This document shows, piece by piece, positions 1-6,350 of a stretch of 10,784 nt of DNA. The notes under the pieces were generated by a model that worked only from the letters and a program-made list of their open reading frames with translations, searched no databases and was not told where the DNA came from. Position 1 is the stretch's first letter, and each line of letters opens with the position of its first letter. This DNA is from Zestosphaera tikiterensis. Its GTDB lineage: Archaea; Thermoproteota; Thermoprotei_A; Sulfolobales; NBVN01. The translations under genes were made by a program, and so were the position numbers. The stretch lies in assembly GCA_003056265.1 (NCBI GenBank), contig NBVN01000004.1, positions 444,038-454,821 on the forward strand, written 5' to 3'.

Positions 1-315
1 GCTATAGTCATAGGTGAGGTAACTAACGTAGACTTCTGGAATGGCTTACTAAACTTAAAGCCGAATACGTCAATCCCGATATACCTAGGGAATAATAGGT
101 TAGTAAGCATACCTCAGGAAGGCCTAACTCAGTTAATCACGAACATAAACTACACATTAAAAACCTCGGCAATCACTTCAACGCCAGCAACAACTCAAGC
201 AACAACTTCATCAAACGCCAACGCTTCAGGGGCAAACCTAACGGGGGTTGCGGTAGTTGCGGCTGGAGTTGTTTTAGCTGTAGCTTACTTCATCGTAAAA
301 CGTAGAAAACCTTAA
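1..315 (+). CDS. 3' fragment of a secreted or surface-anchored protein (Thr/Ser-rich linker plus C-terminal transmembrane anchor); 5' end lies outside the window
   Basis: Frame 1 is open from position 1 to TAA at 313-315. It is absent from the ORF track because it has no start in the window. The translation ends ...NYTLKTSAITSTPATTQATTSSNANASGANLTGVAVVAAGVVLAVAYFIVKRRKP: a Thr/Ser/Ala/Asn linker, a hydrophobic helix and a basic tail. This is the usual C-terminal anchor of archaeal surface and solute-binding proteins. Confidence 0.6.
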   Translation, partial: AIVIGEVTNVDFWNGLLNLKPNTSIPIYLGNNRLVSIPQEGLTQLITNINYTLKTSAITSTPATTQATTSSNANASGANLTGVAVVAAGVVLAVAYFIVKRRKP

Positions 316-432
316 GCTAACTTACTACGTTATGTGACCTTTATTTAGCTCGTTTAAATCGTATGACGAGTAAGCATTCGTAAGTCTACGCCGTAGGAAG
401 CCGTTCTTTAAAGGGTGTTAGTTTAGTTTAAG

Positions 433-443
433 TTTTAATTTTA
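433..443 (+). promoter_or_regulatory. TATA-box-like element upstream of homoserine dehydrogenase
   Basis: TTTTAATTTTA lies about 30-35 nt upstream of the first plausible coding codons (471-480). A second candidate, TTCTTTAAAGG, lies near 405-413. Sequence pattern only. Confidence 0.3.
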
Positions 444-470
444 GGTTCGACTTACGTTAGGTGGTTAGAC

Positions 471-1475
471 ATACATGTAGCTAAGTGCGTCGTTTTAGGC
501 TTTGGCAATGTTGGGAGGGAGTTAATCGCTGAGTTAGCTACGGGTGCGTGGGAAGGTTTGAAGGTTAACGCTGTTTTCTCCTCCTCAGGAGGTTTAGAGT
601 TAAGCGGGTTTGAAGATTTACGTAGGTTATCTAAATACGCGGTTGAGGGCTTTAAGCTTAGTCAAGTGCCGGGCTTTAAAGAAGGTATGCACCCCCTAGA
701 TTACGTGGGGGGTGGGGATGTTGATATAGCGTTTTTCGCAATCCCTCCTAACTACTTAATCGGTGAGCCTAACACGAAGTTATTCCTAGGTATGTTGAGG
801 GAGGGGGTTTCAGTCGTTACGGCTGATAAGACTGTATTAGCGCGGGGTTTTTGGAGGGTTATTAAATACGCTGAGGAGAATGAAGCCTCCGTAGGTTATA
901 GAGCTACTGTAGCTGCCGGTACGCCAGTCGTAGATGTTGCTTGGGCTTTAAGGAGTAGAGGAGTGGTTAGGTTGAGGGCTATATTCAACGCAACAACTAA
1001 CTACATACTTGGGTTGATTGAGGAGGGCCTTACTTACGATGAGGCTTTAAAACGCGCTAAAGCTGAGAAGGTGGTTGAACCTGACCCAACGGTAGACACG
1101 CATGGTTGGGATCCGGGAGCTAAGCTCGCGATAGTTTCTTCGATAATTGCCGGTAGGGACGTAACGGTTTTCGACGTTCGAAAAACACCTCTTGAAGCCG
1201 TGGACTTCAGCGACATTAAAAAAGTGGTTAAAGAAGGGTGGAGGGTTAAGTACGTTGCTGAAGCAAACTTTAAAAACGGCGAGTTCGTTGTGAAGCCGGA
1301 GTTAATCCCGCGTGGGGACCCCCTCTACGACGTAGTAGGTCATCGTAACGTTGCGGTCTTTGAAGTTGAGGACGATGCTATAGTCGTTAAAGGCCCTGCG
1401 GGCCCAGCACGTAGAACCGCTAGAACTCTTTTAGCGGACGCTATGAGCGTTTTAAACCGTTCGGGAAGGCCTTAA
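471..1475 (+). CDS. hom: Homoserine dehydrogenase (no ACT domain). The 5' boundary is uncertain: the ORF track gives TTG 558, but conserved coding sequence extends upstream (see finding)
   Basis: The motif EPDPTVDTHGWDPGAKLAIVSSII matches the homoserine dehydrogenase catalytic-domain signature (DP..D..G.D...K..IL). NATTNYIL and the KGPAGPARRTA tail also fit. In the same frame upstream of 558, codons 480-557 read AKCVVLGFGNVGRELIAELATGAWEG, the Rossmann GxGxxG element expected at the N terminus. Stop is TAA at 1473-1475. Confidence 0.85.
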   Translation: MHVAKCVVLGFGNVGRELIAELATGAWEGLKVNAVFSSSGGLELSGFEDLRRLSKYAVEGFKLSQVPGFKEGMHPLDYVGGGDVDIAFFAIPPNYLIGEPNTKLFLGMLREGVSVVTADKTVLARGFWRVIKYAEENEASVGYRATVAAGTPVVDVAWALRSRGVVRLRAIFNATTNYILGLIEEGLTYDEALKRAKAEKVVEPDPTVDTHGWDPGAKLAIVSSIIAGRDVTVFDVRKTPLEAVDFSDIKKVVKEGWRVKYVAEANFKNGEFVVKPELIPRGDPLYDVVGHRNVAVFEVEDDAIVVKGPAGPARRTARTLLADAMSVLNRSGRP

Positions 1476-1506
1476 AAGCTTAACATGTTGAAATAACTTG
1501 CTAAGG

Positions 1507-1529
1507 GAAAACCTTAACGTGAGGTTTTC
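1507..1529. terminator. Hairpin between convergent genes, with T-runs on both strands (possible bidirectional terminator)
   Basis: GAAAACCT (1507-1514), a 7-nt loop, then AGGTTTTC (1522-1529) form a perfect 8-bp stem. It lies between the hom stop (1475) and the symporter stop codon (1528-1530), which it overlaps. Each strand ends the stem in TTTT. Archaeal termination mainly needs oligo-T, so the role of the stem is uncertain. Confidence 0.35.
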
Positions 1530-2997
1530 AGCTTGGTTTACCTACACTTCTTAACTTACCTAGCGTGAACCCTATTAACGTTATTGAGGTTGACGTGATT
1601 AAAACCCATAAGGATATCGGCAGCCCTCCCCAACTACTTAAGAAGGTTGCCCGCGGCCCTAGATATGTAGCGGCGCTTAAAGCTATCGCAACACCTAAAG
1701 CAACTGAAGCTATGGCTGCCGCCCTAGCCTCCTTAGATCTGCTTATGTTTGGGTTAAGCCACGCTAATATGGTTATTGGAGCTAGCGGGAGTAAAATCAC
1801 TGAAGTAAGTACTGAAAGATCTACGATGAACCCCGTTCTTAAGAGTGCTATGCCGGCTGCCGCTACACTCAACGTTAGGACTAAAGCGTTGGCTACCTTT
1901 AAGGAGTGTTTACCGCTGAATGCTTTTTCGTATATGTCTCTAACGAATGATGAAGCCACAGCTAAAACTATGGAGTTAGCTGTTGACGTCGCCGCAGCGA
2001 TTATCGAGACGTAAATGATTGAAGCTAGTGTTGCGTCCATGTTAAGCAGTAATTTAGGGGTGACTAAGTCTCTGTTGGCTACGTTTTCAAAGAGGTTAAG
2101 CAGCGTTAAGCCTCTACTAACCAACCCAACGTAAACTACGACTACTGTGTATATGAAGCCGTATATCGAGAATAAAGACACCATGTTTTTATATGCTCTC
2201 CCGTCCTTAGGTATGAAGACCCTAACCACTACTTGAGGGTTTGTAACTGCGAAGAAAACCCACGGCAGGGTGTAGGCTAAGAACGTGTTGAAAGACCAGA
2301 AGCTGGTTAACCCCAGAAAGCCTGCGTTGCTTAACGCGGCGGTTAAGTCGTTGAGGTTCACCCCCTTCAAAGGTATGAAGGAGAAAGTAAGCCAAGTAAC
2401 TAAGGCTGCTGCGGAGAATATCATCCAAAGCCCTTGATAAGCGTCTGTAGTGGCTACACTCCACATACCAGCTAAGGCAACCCACAGAATAAGTAATGCA
2501 GTACCTACGGCAACACCTAACCCGTAGCTTAACCCAACCCCTTCGAAAACCACGGCAATCCCTGAAAGTTGAGCGGATATGTAAGGCAGTAAAGCCACTA
2601 AGTATGTAGCAGCTACTAAATAGCCTAAAGCCCTCGAGCTGTAGAGGTCTGAAAGCATTTCAGACGGGCTTACCCAACCCCTTTCTTTAGCCATAACCCA
2701 AGCCTTAGGAGCTATAGTAACTAACAACACCAACGTAGCCAGCAAGTAAATCAGTTCGAAACCTAACGCGCCGACGCCTGTAGCGTACGTAAGACCTACT
2801 AAACCAACCATCATAAACGCGCTGTACGTCGTTGCCGCGTAAGTCATGGCGGATAAGAACCCACCTAACCTATAGCCAGCTACGAAGTAATCACTACTTG
2901 ATTTAACTCCACGCCTTCTTGACAGGTAAGCTATAGCCGTCCCTAAGAGGAAGTAAGCTGTGAGGACAGCTATGAAGACGTTAATCACTTCACCCAC
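1528..2997 (-). CDS. Sodium:solute symporter family (SSS/SSF) transporter, substrate unknown
   Basis: 489 aa and very hydrophobic, with about 13 predicted helices. The N-terminal SSS hallmark SSDYFVAGYRLGG follows TM1. GTG start at 2997 overlaps the upstream small ORF by 13 nt, suggesting translational coupling. Confidence 0.8.
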   Translation of the reverse strand: MGEVINVFIAVLTAYFLLGTAIAYLSRRRGVKSSSDYFVAGYRLGGFLSAMTYAATTYSAFMMVGLVGLTYATGVGALGFELIYLLATLVLLVTIAPKAWVMAKERGWVSPSEMLSDLYSSRALGYLVAATYLVALLPYISAQLSGIAVVFEGVGLSYGLGVAVGTALLILWVALAGMWSVATTDAYQGLWMIFSAAALVTWLTFSFIPLKGVNLNDLTAALSNAGFLGLTSFWSFNTFLAYTLPWVFFAVTNPQVVVRVFIPKDGRAYKNMVSLFSIYGFIYTVVVVYVGLVSRGLTLLNLFENVANRDLVTPKLLLNMDATLASIIYVSIIAAATSTANSIVLAVASSFVRDIYEKAFSGKHSLKVANALVLTLSVAAAGIALLRTGFIVDLSVLTSVILLPLAPITILAWLNPNISRSKEARAAAIASVALGVAIALSAATYLGPRATFLSSWGGLPISLWVLITSTSITLIGFTLGKLRSVGKPS

Positions 2998-3167
2998 CTC
3001 CTAACTACGTAGTTTGAAGTGATTATCCAAAGCAACGTTAAGGAAGTCCAAAAAGCCGTTAACGTTAAGTCTTTAGAGCTTCTTAAGTATGTGTAGGGTA
3101 TTAAGTAAAACGCTATTATAACGATAACGCTTAGCAAAGCGTAAGTAGTTCTTCCGGAGGACTTCAT
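2985..3167 (-). CDS. Small 2-TM membrane protein, DUF3311-like putative accessory subunit of the symporter
   Basis: 60 aa with an ATG start and two hydrophobic helices (YALLSVIVIIAFYLIPYTY and LTAFWTSLTLLWIITSNYVV). It sits immediately upstream of, and overlaps, the SSS gene. This arrangement is known for small partners of SSS transporters (DUF3311, YhdT/YjcH-type). Family membership was not verified. Confidence 0.6.
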   Translation of the reverse strand: MKSSGRTTYALLSVIVIIAFYLIPYTYLRSSKDLTLTAFWTSLTLLWIITSNYVVRRWVK

Positions 3168-3174
3168 TGCTGAT

Positions 3175-3192
3175 CCCGAACAAATGTTCGGG
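3175..3192. promoter_or_regulatory. Perfect inverted repeat CCCGAAC-AAAT-GTTCGGG in the divergent promoter; candidate operator
   Basis: The 7-bp arms at 3175-3181 and 3186-3192 are exact reverse complements. The repeat lies 7 nt upstream of the small-ORF ATG (3167, minus strand) and between that gene and the TATA-like element at 3199-3206. Confidence 0.45.
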
Positions 3193-4257
3193 GATAGGTA
3201 TTTAAGCTTTCTTAAGTATGTATTCGCGAGAGCGATGAGTTGGAGATCGAGAGTTCGGGATGAGATACTAAACCTCCTTAAAAGTAGGGAGGGTGAGTTA
3301 ATACCTCAGTCTTACATACATAGGTCTATAAACGCCTCTAAAAGTAGGGTTTCTGAAGTTCTTAAGTTGTTGGAGGTTGAGGGGTTAATCAGTAGGGTTA
3401 GGGTAGGTAATCAATACTTGATTAAGTTGTTAGACGTTAGTTCTTCACAACCTAAGCATAGATTAAGTAAGTTGAGGGTGGGTATAGTTTGGTCTAGCGA
3501 ATATCCCTTCCTAACGACATTCGCTAAAAACTTAAGGAGTGAGTTAGGCGTTAGTTTAGAGGTCGTAACTTACTTAAGCGCTGTTCAAGCAACTAAAGCC
3601 TTAGCTTTAGGTGAGGTGGATTTAGCTCTATCCCCGTTAATCACTCAGCTCTACTTCTACGTAACGTTTAAAACGCTTAAGGTTATTGGTGGAGGGGCTT
3701 ACGGCGGCTCCGCGGTGATGGTTAATCCGGAGGTAGGGGATGAGGTGATTTACTCAAGCGAGCTTTCAACTATGGATTTAATAAGGGCTATAGTAGCTTC
3801 TGAAGAACGCATACATCCTGAGAGGACGGGGTATTTCTCAAGTCCTGAGGAGGCTTTAAGGCTGGCGTCTTTAAGGAAGTCTAAGTATATGGTTGTTTGG
3901 CACCCGCTGTATAGGGATTTAATGAGGAAAGGCTTTAAAGTGTTTGTTAAGGGTGAGGATTTAGACGTGCGTTACTGCTGCACTTTAGCTGCTTCCACGG
4001 CACTACCTAAGGAGTTTAGGGGGAGGTTAAGTAGGGTTTACACGTCCTCCTTAAGTGAGTATGTTAAAAACCCTGAGAGGTGGGTTGTTTGGTATTCGTC
4101 AAGTGTTGGGATACCTTCAGACATCGTTAAGAGTGGGTTAAGCGAGTATAGAATCAACGAAGTAGTTGATGAGGGTGGGGTTAGGGAGTACGTGAGGAAG
4201 TCTAAACTCGCCGTACCCGACGTGGACTTAATGCTTAAAGCTTTGGAAACCTCTTAA
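3184..4257 (+). CDS. Transcriptional regulator: N-terminal winged helix-turn-helix fused to a type-2 periplasmic-binding-protein fold (NMT1/SsuA-like) domain, with no signal peptide
   Basis: The N terminus reads RVRDEILNLLKSREGELIPQSYIHRSINASKSRVSEVLKLLEVEGLISRVRVGNQYLIKL, a MarR/ArsR/TrmB-style wHTH. The remainder (LRVGIVWSSEYPFLTTFAKNLRSELGVSLEVVTYLSAVQATKALALGEVDLALSP...SSPEEALRLASLRKSKYMVVWHPLYRDLMRKGFKVF) follows the NMT1/SsuA/TauA substrate-binding pattern. The maximal ORF starts at ATG 3184, but ATG 3235 (MSWRSRVRDE...) is the more likely start. ATG 3184 lies inside the inverted repeat, and 3235 is correctly spaced from the TATA-like element. Confidence 0.7.
   Translation: MFGDRYLSFLKYVFARAMSWRSRVRDEILNLLKSREGELIPQSYIHRSINASKSRVSEVLKLLEVEGLISRVRVGNQYLIKLLDVSSSQPKHRLSKLRVGIVWSSEYPFLTTFAKNLRSELGVSLEVVTYLSAVQATKALALGEVDLALSPLITQLYFYVTFKTLKVIGGGAYGGSAVMVNPEVGDEVIYSSELSTMDLIRAIVASEERIHPERTGYFSSPEEALRLASLRKSKYMVVWHPLYRDLMRKGFKVFVKGEDLDVRYCCTLAASTALPKEFRGRLSRVYTSSLSEYVKNPERWVVWYSSSVGIPSDIVKSGLSEYRINEVVDEGGVREYVRKSKLAVPDVDLMLKALETS
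3199..3206. promoter_or_regulatory. TATA-like element TATTTAAG (CTTAAATA on the minus strand) in the divergent intergenic region
   Basis: It lies about 29 nt upstream of the in-frame ATG at 3235 (plus strand) and about 33-39 nt upstream of the minus-strand ATG at 3167. It could serve either or both directions. Pattern only. Confidence 0.35.
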
Positions 4258-4305
4258 GCCCTTCAACACCTATGTAAGCTGCTTAACCTAACGCAACCTT
4301 AAACA

Positions 4306-4313
4306 TTTTTAAA
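4306..4313 (+). promoter_or_regulatory. TATA box of the Sm/L37e transcription unit
   Basis: TTTTTAAA lies about 25-35 nt upstream of the GTG candidates at 4336 and 4345, consistent with a leaderless or short-leader mRNA. Confidence 0.5.
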
Positions 4314-4335
4314 GGGTTATTCTATGTATGTGTAG

Positions 4336-4563
4336 GTGTGTAGTGTGAGTGACGCGGCTCAGAGGTTGTTGACGGAGAGCCTAGGTAAGGTTGTGTTGGT
4401 TAGGTTGAGAGGTAATAAGGTTTTAAGAGGGGTTTTAAGGAGTTTCGACCAACACCTAAACGTGGTTTTAGAGGATGCTGAGGAAGTGTTTGAAAACAGT
4501 TCTAGGAAGTTAGGTACGGTCGTGGTTAGGGGCGAGAACGTCATACTAATATCACCTACTTAA
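4336..4563 (+). CDS. Archaeal Sm-like protein (SmAP/LSm)
   Basis: The Sm1 motif is VVLVRLRGNKVLRGVLRSFDQHLNVVLEDAEE and the Sm2 motif is RKLGTVVVRGENVILISP. Size is typical (about 72-75 aa). The GTG at 4345 (MSDAAQRLL...) is an equally plausible start. It sits next to rpl37e, a conserved archaeal gene pair. Confidence 0.9.
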   Translation: MCSVSDAAQRLLTESLGKVVLVRLRGNKVLRGVLRSFDQHLNVVLEDAEEVFENSSRKLGTVVVRGENVILISPT

Positions 4564-4578
4564 GAGGGGGTGGGTTAG

Positions 4579-4764
4579 GTGAAGGGAACGCCTTCAATGG
4601 GTAAGAGGAGTAAGGGTAAAACACACATAAGGTGTAGGAGATGCGGTAGGCACGCGTATAACGTAGCTAAAGGTTACTGCGCGGCTTGCGGGTTTGGAAG
4701 GTCTAAAAGGATTAGAAGGTATTCTTGGGCTAATAAGAAAGTAAATAAAGTGAGGGTTAAGTAG
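4579..4764 (+). CDS. rpl37e: 50S ribosomal protein L37e (eL37)
   Basis: [49 protein letters not shown] carries the eL37 signature, including the CxxC...CxxC zinc ribbon. GTG start is preceded by the G-rich SD-like GGGGGTGGG at 4565-4573. Confidence 0.95.
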   Translation: MKGTPSMGKRSKGKTHIRCRRCGRHAYNVAKGYCAACGFGRSKRIRRYSWANKKVNKVRVK

Positions 4765-4831
4765 TTACTGAGATGCTCGACCTTAACCCCCGTCTTAACG
4801 TAGTAAGCCTTTCTTTCAGTTACGTGGTGGT

Positions 4832-5119
4832 TTGATGGGTCTTAAGAAAGTAGTGTTGGATGTGTTGAAACCTATTAAAGGCTACAGCTTAGTTACGTTA
4901 GCTCAAAACCTAACTAAGGTGGATGGGGTTAAGAGAGTCTCCGTGGTTGTTAACGAGATAGATGTTGAGACCGTTACCTTAAACGTTACGGTTGAGGGGG
5001 ATGACATAGACTTCGACGGTTTAAGAAGTTCTTTAGAGGGTATGGGTGCGGTTATACACAGCGTTGATGAAGTTATAGTTGAGTCTGAGGAGATCTCCTC
5101 GAGTGAGGAGGAAGGTTGA
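4832..5119 (+). CDS. DUF211 (COG1888) family protein of unknown function, with an acidic C-terminal tail
   Basis: KKVVLDVLKPIKGYSLVTLAQNLTKVDGVKRVSVVVNEIDVETVTLNVTVEGDDIDFDGLRSSLEGMGAVIHSVDEV matches the DUF211 pattern as I recall it (LDVLKP...GV..V...V.E.D.ET....T.EG..ID...I...IE..G..IHS.DEV). The probable true start is ATG 4835, 4 nt after GGTGG (4826-4830). The tail is ESEEISSSEEEG. Confidence 0.8.
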   Translation: MMGLKKVVLDVLKPIKGYSLVTLAQNLTKVDGVKRVSVVVNEIDVETVTLNVTVEGDDIDFDGLRSSLEGMGAVIHSVDEVIVESEEISSSEEEG

Positions 5120-5128
5120 GAGTAGTTT

Positions 5129-6298
5129 ATGGGTTTAGATTTTAAAGATCTCCTCCTACTCTTAGGTATAAGTCAGTTAGCGGCTATCGCTACCGTACGT
5201 AGCGGGATATCCGCCTTAGGTGTTTACTTACTAGTAGGTATGTTGTTAGGACCTCACGGGCTTGGGTTGGTTAACGGTTACGTTGAGGGTTCTTTAGTTT
5301 CTCTAGCAATGCTTTTCCTAGTTTTCTACGCAGGTCTTAACGTAGATTTTAAATCCCTTAAAAACCACGTTTTAGAAGCTGCTTTAGCTACTTCGTTAGG
5401 CGTTGCTTTAACTATGGCCTTCACCTACGCGTCCTCAAGGTATCTAGGTTTAGACGTCGTCCCGTCTTTAGTTGTTGGTGTTTCCTTATCTAACACGGCT
5501 ACGGAGGTTGCTGTCTTGCTTATGGATAGGTTGGGAAGCTACGGAGGTTTAAAGGACGTCATAGTAAGTGCTTCGTTTATGGATGACTTAATCATAGTGT
5601 TCGTTACGTCGTTAACTGAGGTTTTAGTGGTTAACGATGTTTTAACGCCTGCCTTCAACGTAGTTAAGCAAGCCTTAGTTTTAGGTCTGCCTTTACTTAC
5701 TGCTTACGTAGCCGTAAGACTTTCTGAAGGTTACGTAAGGATCTTCAGTTGGGAGGAGTTCGTCATTACCTTATCATCTGCTTTCTTCCTTCTTTCATAT
5801 CTTAGCATGGCTTTAGGCGTTAATGAGGTTTTAGGTGCTTACGTAGCTGGGTTGGTATTCAGTATGTTTAAGCTTTTGAGGGACCCGACGCTAAGGTACG
5901 TAACTAGGTTTAACGAGTTTATGGAGGACGCCGCAACCGTGTTGAAGTTTTTCGTAGTTCCTATTTTCTTCGTTTCCGTAGGGCTGCATGTGGACTTCAC
6001 CTCCGTCGACCTCAAGTTTTTCGCTGTTCTCCTTACTTCAGCTTTCTTAGGTAAGTTCCTAGGTTCTTTAGCCTACGTGGCCGTGGAGGGTGGTTTAAGG
6101 AGTTTAAGGGAGGGTGTTTTGATGGGGTTGGCTATGAACGTAAGGGGTTCTTTAGAACCGGCTTTAGCTATTACGGCTTTTAACGTCGGGTTGATTGACT
6201 CTAGGGTTTTAACGGCTGTATTATTGATTTCAATGACTTCCTCTTTGGTAATACCTTTTGCGTTGAGTTTGTTAAGTAGGTTTTTCAGGGGTGGTTGA
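5129..6298 (+). CDS. Cation:proton antiporter, CPA2/Kef-NapA-type Na+(K+)/H+ exchanger family, without a C-terminal RCK/KTN domain
   Basis: 389 aa with about 11-12 hydrophobic helices. The N terminus LLLLLGISQLAAIATVRSGISALGVYLLVGMLLGPHGLGLV is the typical first-helix pattern of Na_H_exchanger (PF00999-type) proteins. ATG lies 9 nt after the DUF211 stop and is preceded by GAGGAGGAAGG. Confidence 0.8.
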   Translation: MGLDFKDLLLLLGISQLAAIATVRSGISALGVYLLVGMLLGPHGLGLVNGYVEGSLVSLAMLFLVFYAGLNVDFKSLKNHVLEAALATSLGVALTMAFTYASSRYLGLDVVPSLVVGVSLSNTATEVAVLLMDRLGSYGGLKDVIVSASFMDDLIIVFVTSLTEVLVVNDVLTPAFNVVKQALVLGLPLLTAYVAVRLSEGYVRIFSWEEFVITLSSAFFLLSYLSMALGVNEVLGAYVAGLVFSMFKLLRDPTLRYVTRFNEFMEDAATVLKFFVVPIFFVSVGLHVDFTSVDLKFFAVLLTSAFLGKFLGSLAYVAVEGGLRSLREGVLMGLAMNVRGSLEPALAITAFNVGLIDSRVLTAVLLISMTSSLVIPFALSLLSRFFRGG

Positions 6299-6299
6299 C

Positions 6300-6305
6300 T
6301 TTTTT
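6300..6305 (+). terminator. Oligo-T tract directly after the antiporter stop
   Basis: TGA at 6296-6298 is followed by C then TTTTTT (6300-6305). Oligo-T is the known archaeal termination signal. Confidence 0.4.
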
Positions 6306-6315
6306 ACATCGATAG

Positions 6316-6323
6316 TTTAAATA
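6316..6323 (+). promoter_or_regulatory. TATA box of orc1/cdc6
   Basis: TTTAAATA lies about 28-37 nt upstream of the candidate starts GTG 6351, TTG 6357 and ATG 6360. Confidence 0.5.
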
Positions 6324-6350
6324 GGTGGACTTACATATCTTTAGGAGGTA

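Noticed and set aside
316-470. 155-nt spacer before hom checked for small ORFs, RNA structure or riboswitch-like elements
   Set aside because: I found only trivial ORFs (6 codons or fewer), a short palindrome CTACG-C-CGTAG, and a loose repeat ACTTAC..CGTTA. The content is consistent with a terminator T-tract (CCTTTATTT) plus promoter elements.
1034-1216. 60-aa ORF antisense to homoserine dehydrogenase
   Set aside because: Shadow ORF inside a confidently assigned gene, with a Ser/Thr-rich translation and no motifs.
1565-2014. 149-aa plus-strand ORF antisense to the symporter gene
   Set aside because: It lies entirely within the much longer symporter ORF, which has a clear family signature. 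Its Ala/Thr/Met-rich, low-complexity translation is what the reverse complement of a hydrophobic membrane gene yields. It has no promoter or SD context and no recognisable motif.
2222-2485. 87-aa minus-strand ORF in another frame inside the symporter gene
   Set aside because: This is an alternative-frame shadow of the 489-aa symporter ORF. It has no motif and no independent start context.
4359-4544. 61-aa ORF antisense to the Sm gene
   Set aside because: It is fully contained in the Sm coding region, which has unmistakable Sm1 and Sm2 motifs. There is no supporting signal.
5066-5120. C/D-like box series TGATGA-N14-CTGA-...-TGAGGA inside the DUF211 3' end
   Set aside because: It lies within coding sequence that translates into conserved DUF211 residues (IHSVDEV). 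The terminal D box would have to be TTGA, and no flanking stem exists.
6299-6350. Replication origin expected next to orc1/cdc6
   Set aside because: The upstream spacer is only about 50-60 nt and is fully taken up by an oligo-T tract, a TATA box and an SD-like motif. I found no repeated or inverted ORB-type elements (TCCAGTGGAAA plus G-string) in the window. The only partial resemblances are single copies: TTCCAGTAAATAC at 8153-8165 in the tRNA promoter, and CTCCAGTG on the minus strand at 7325-7332 inside cdc6 coding sequence. An origin may lie elsewhere in the genome. A proper ORB motif scan and a skew analysis of the whole chromosome would settle this.
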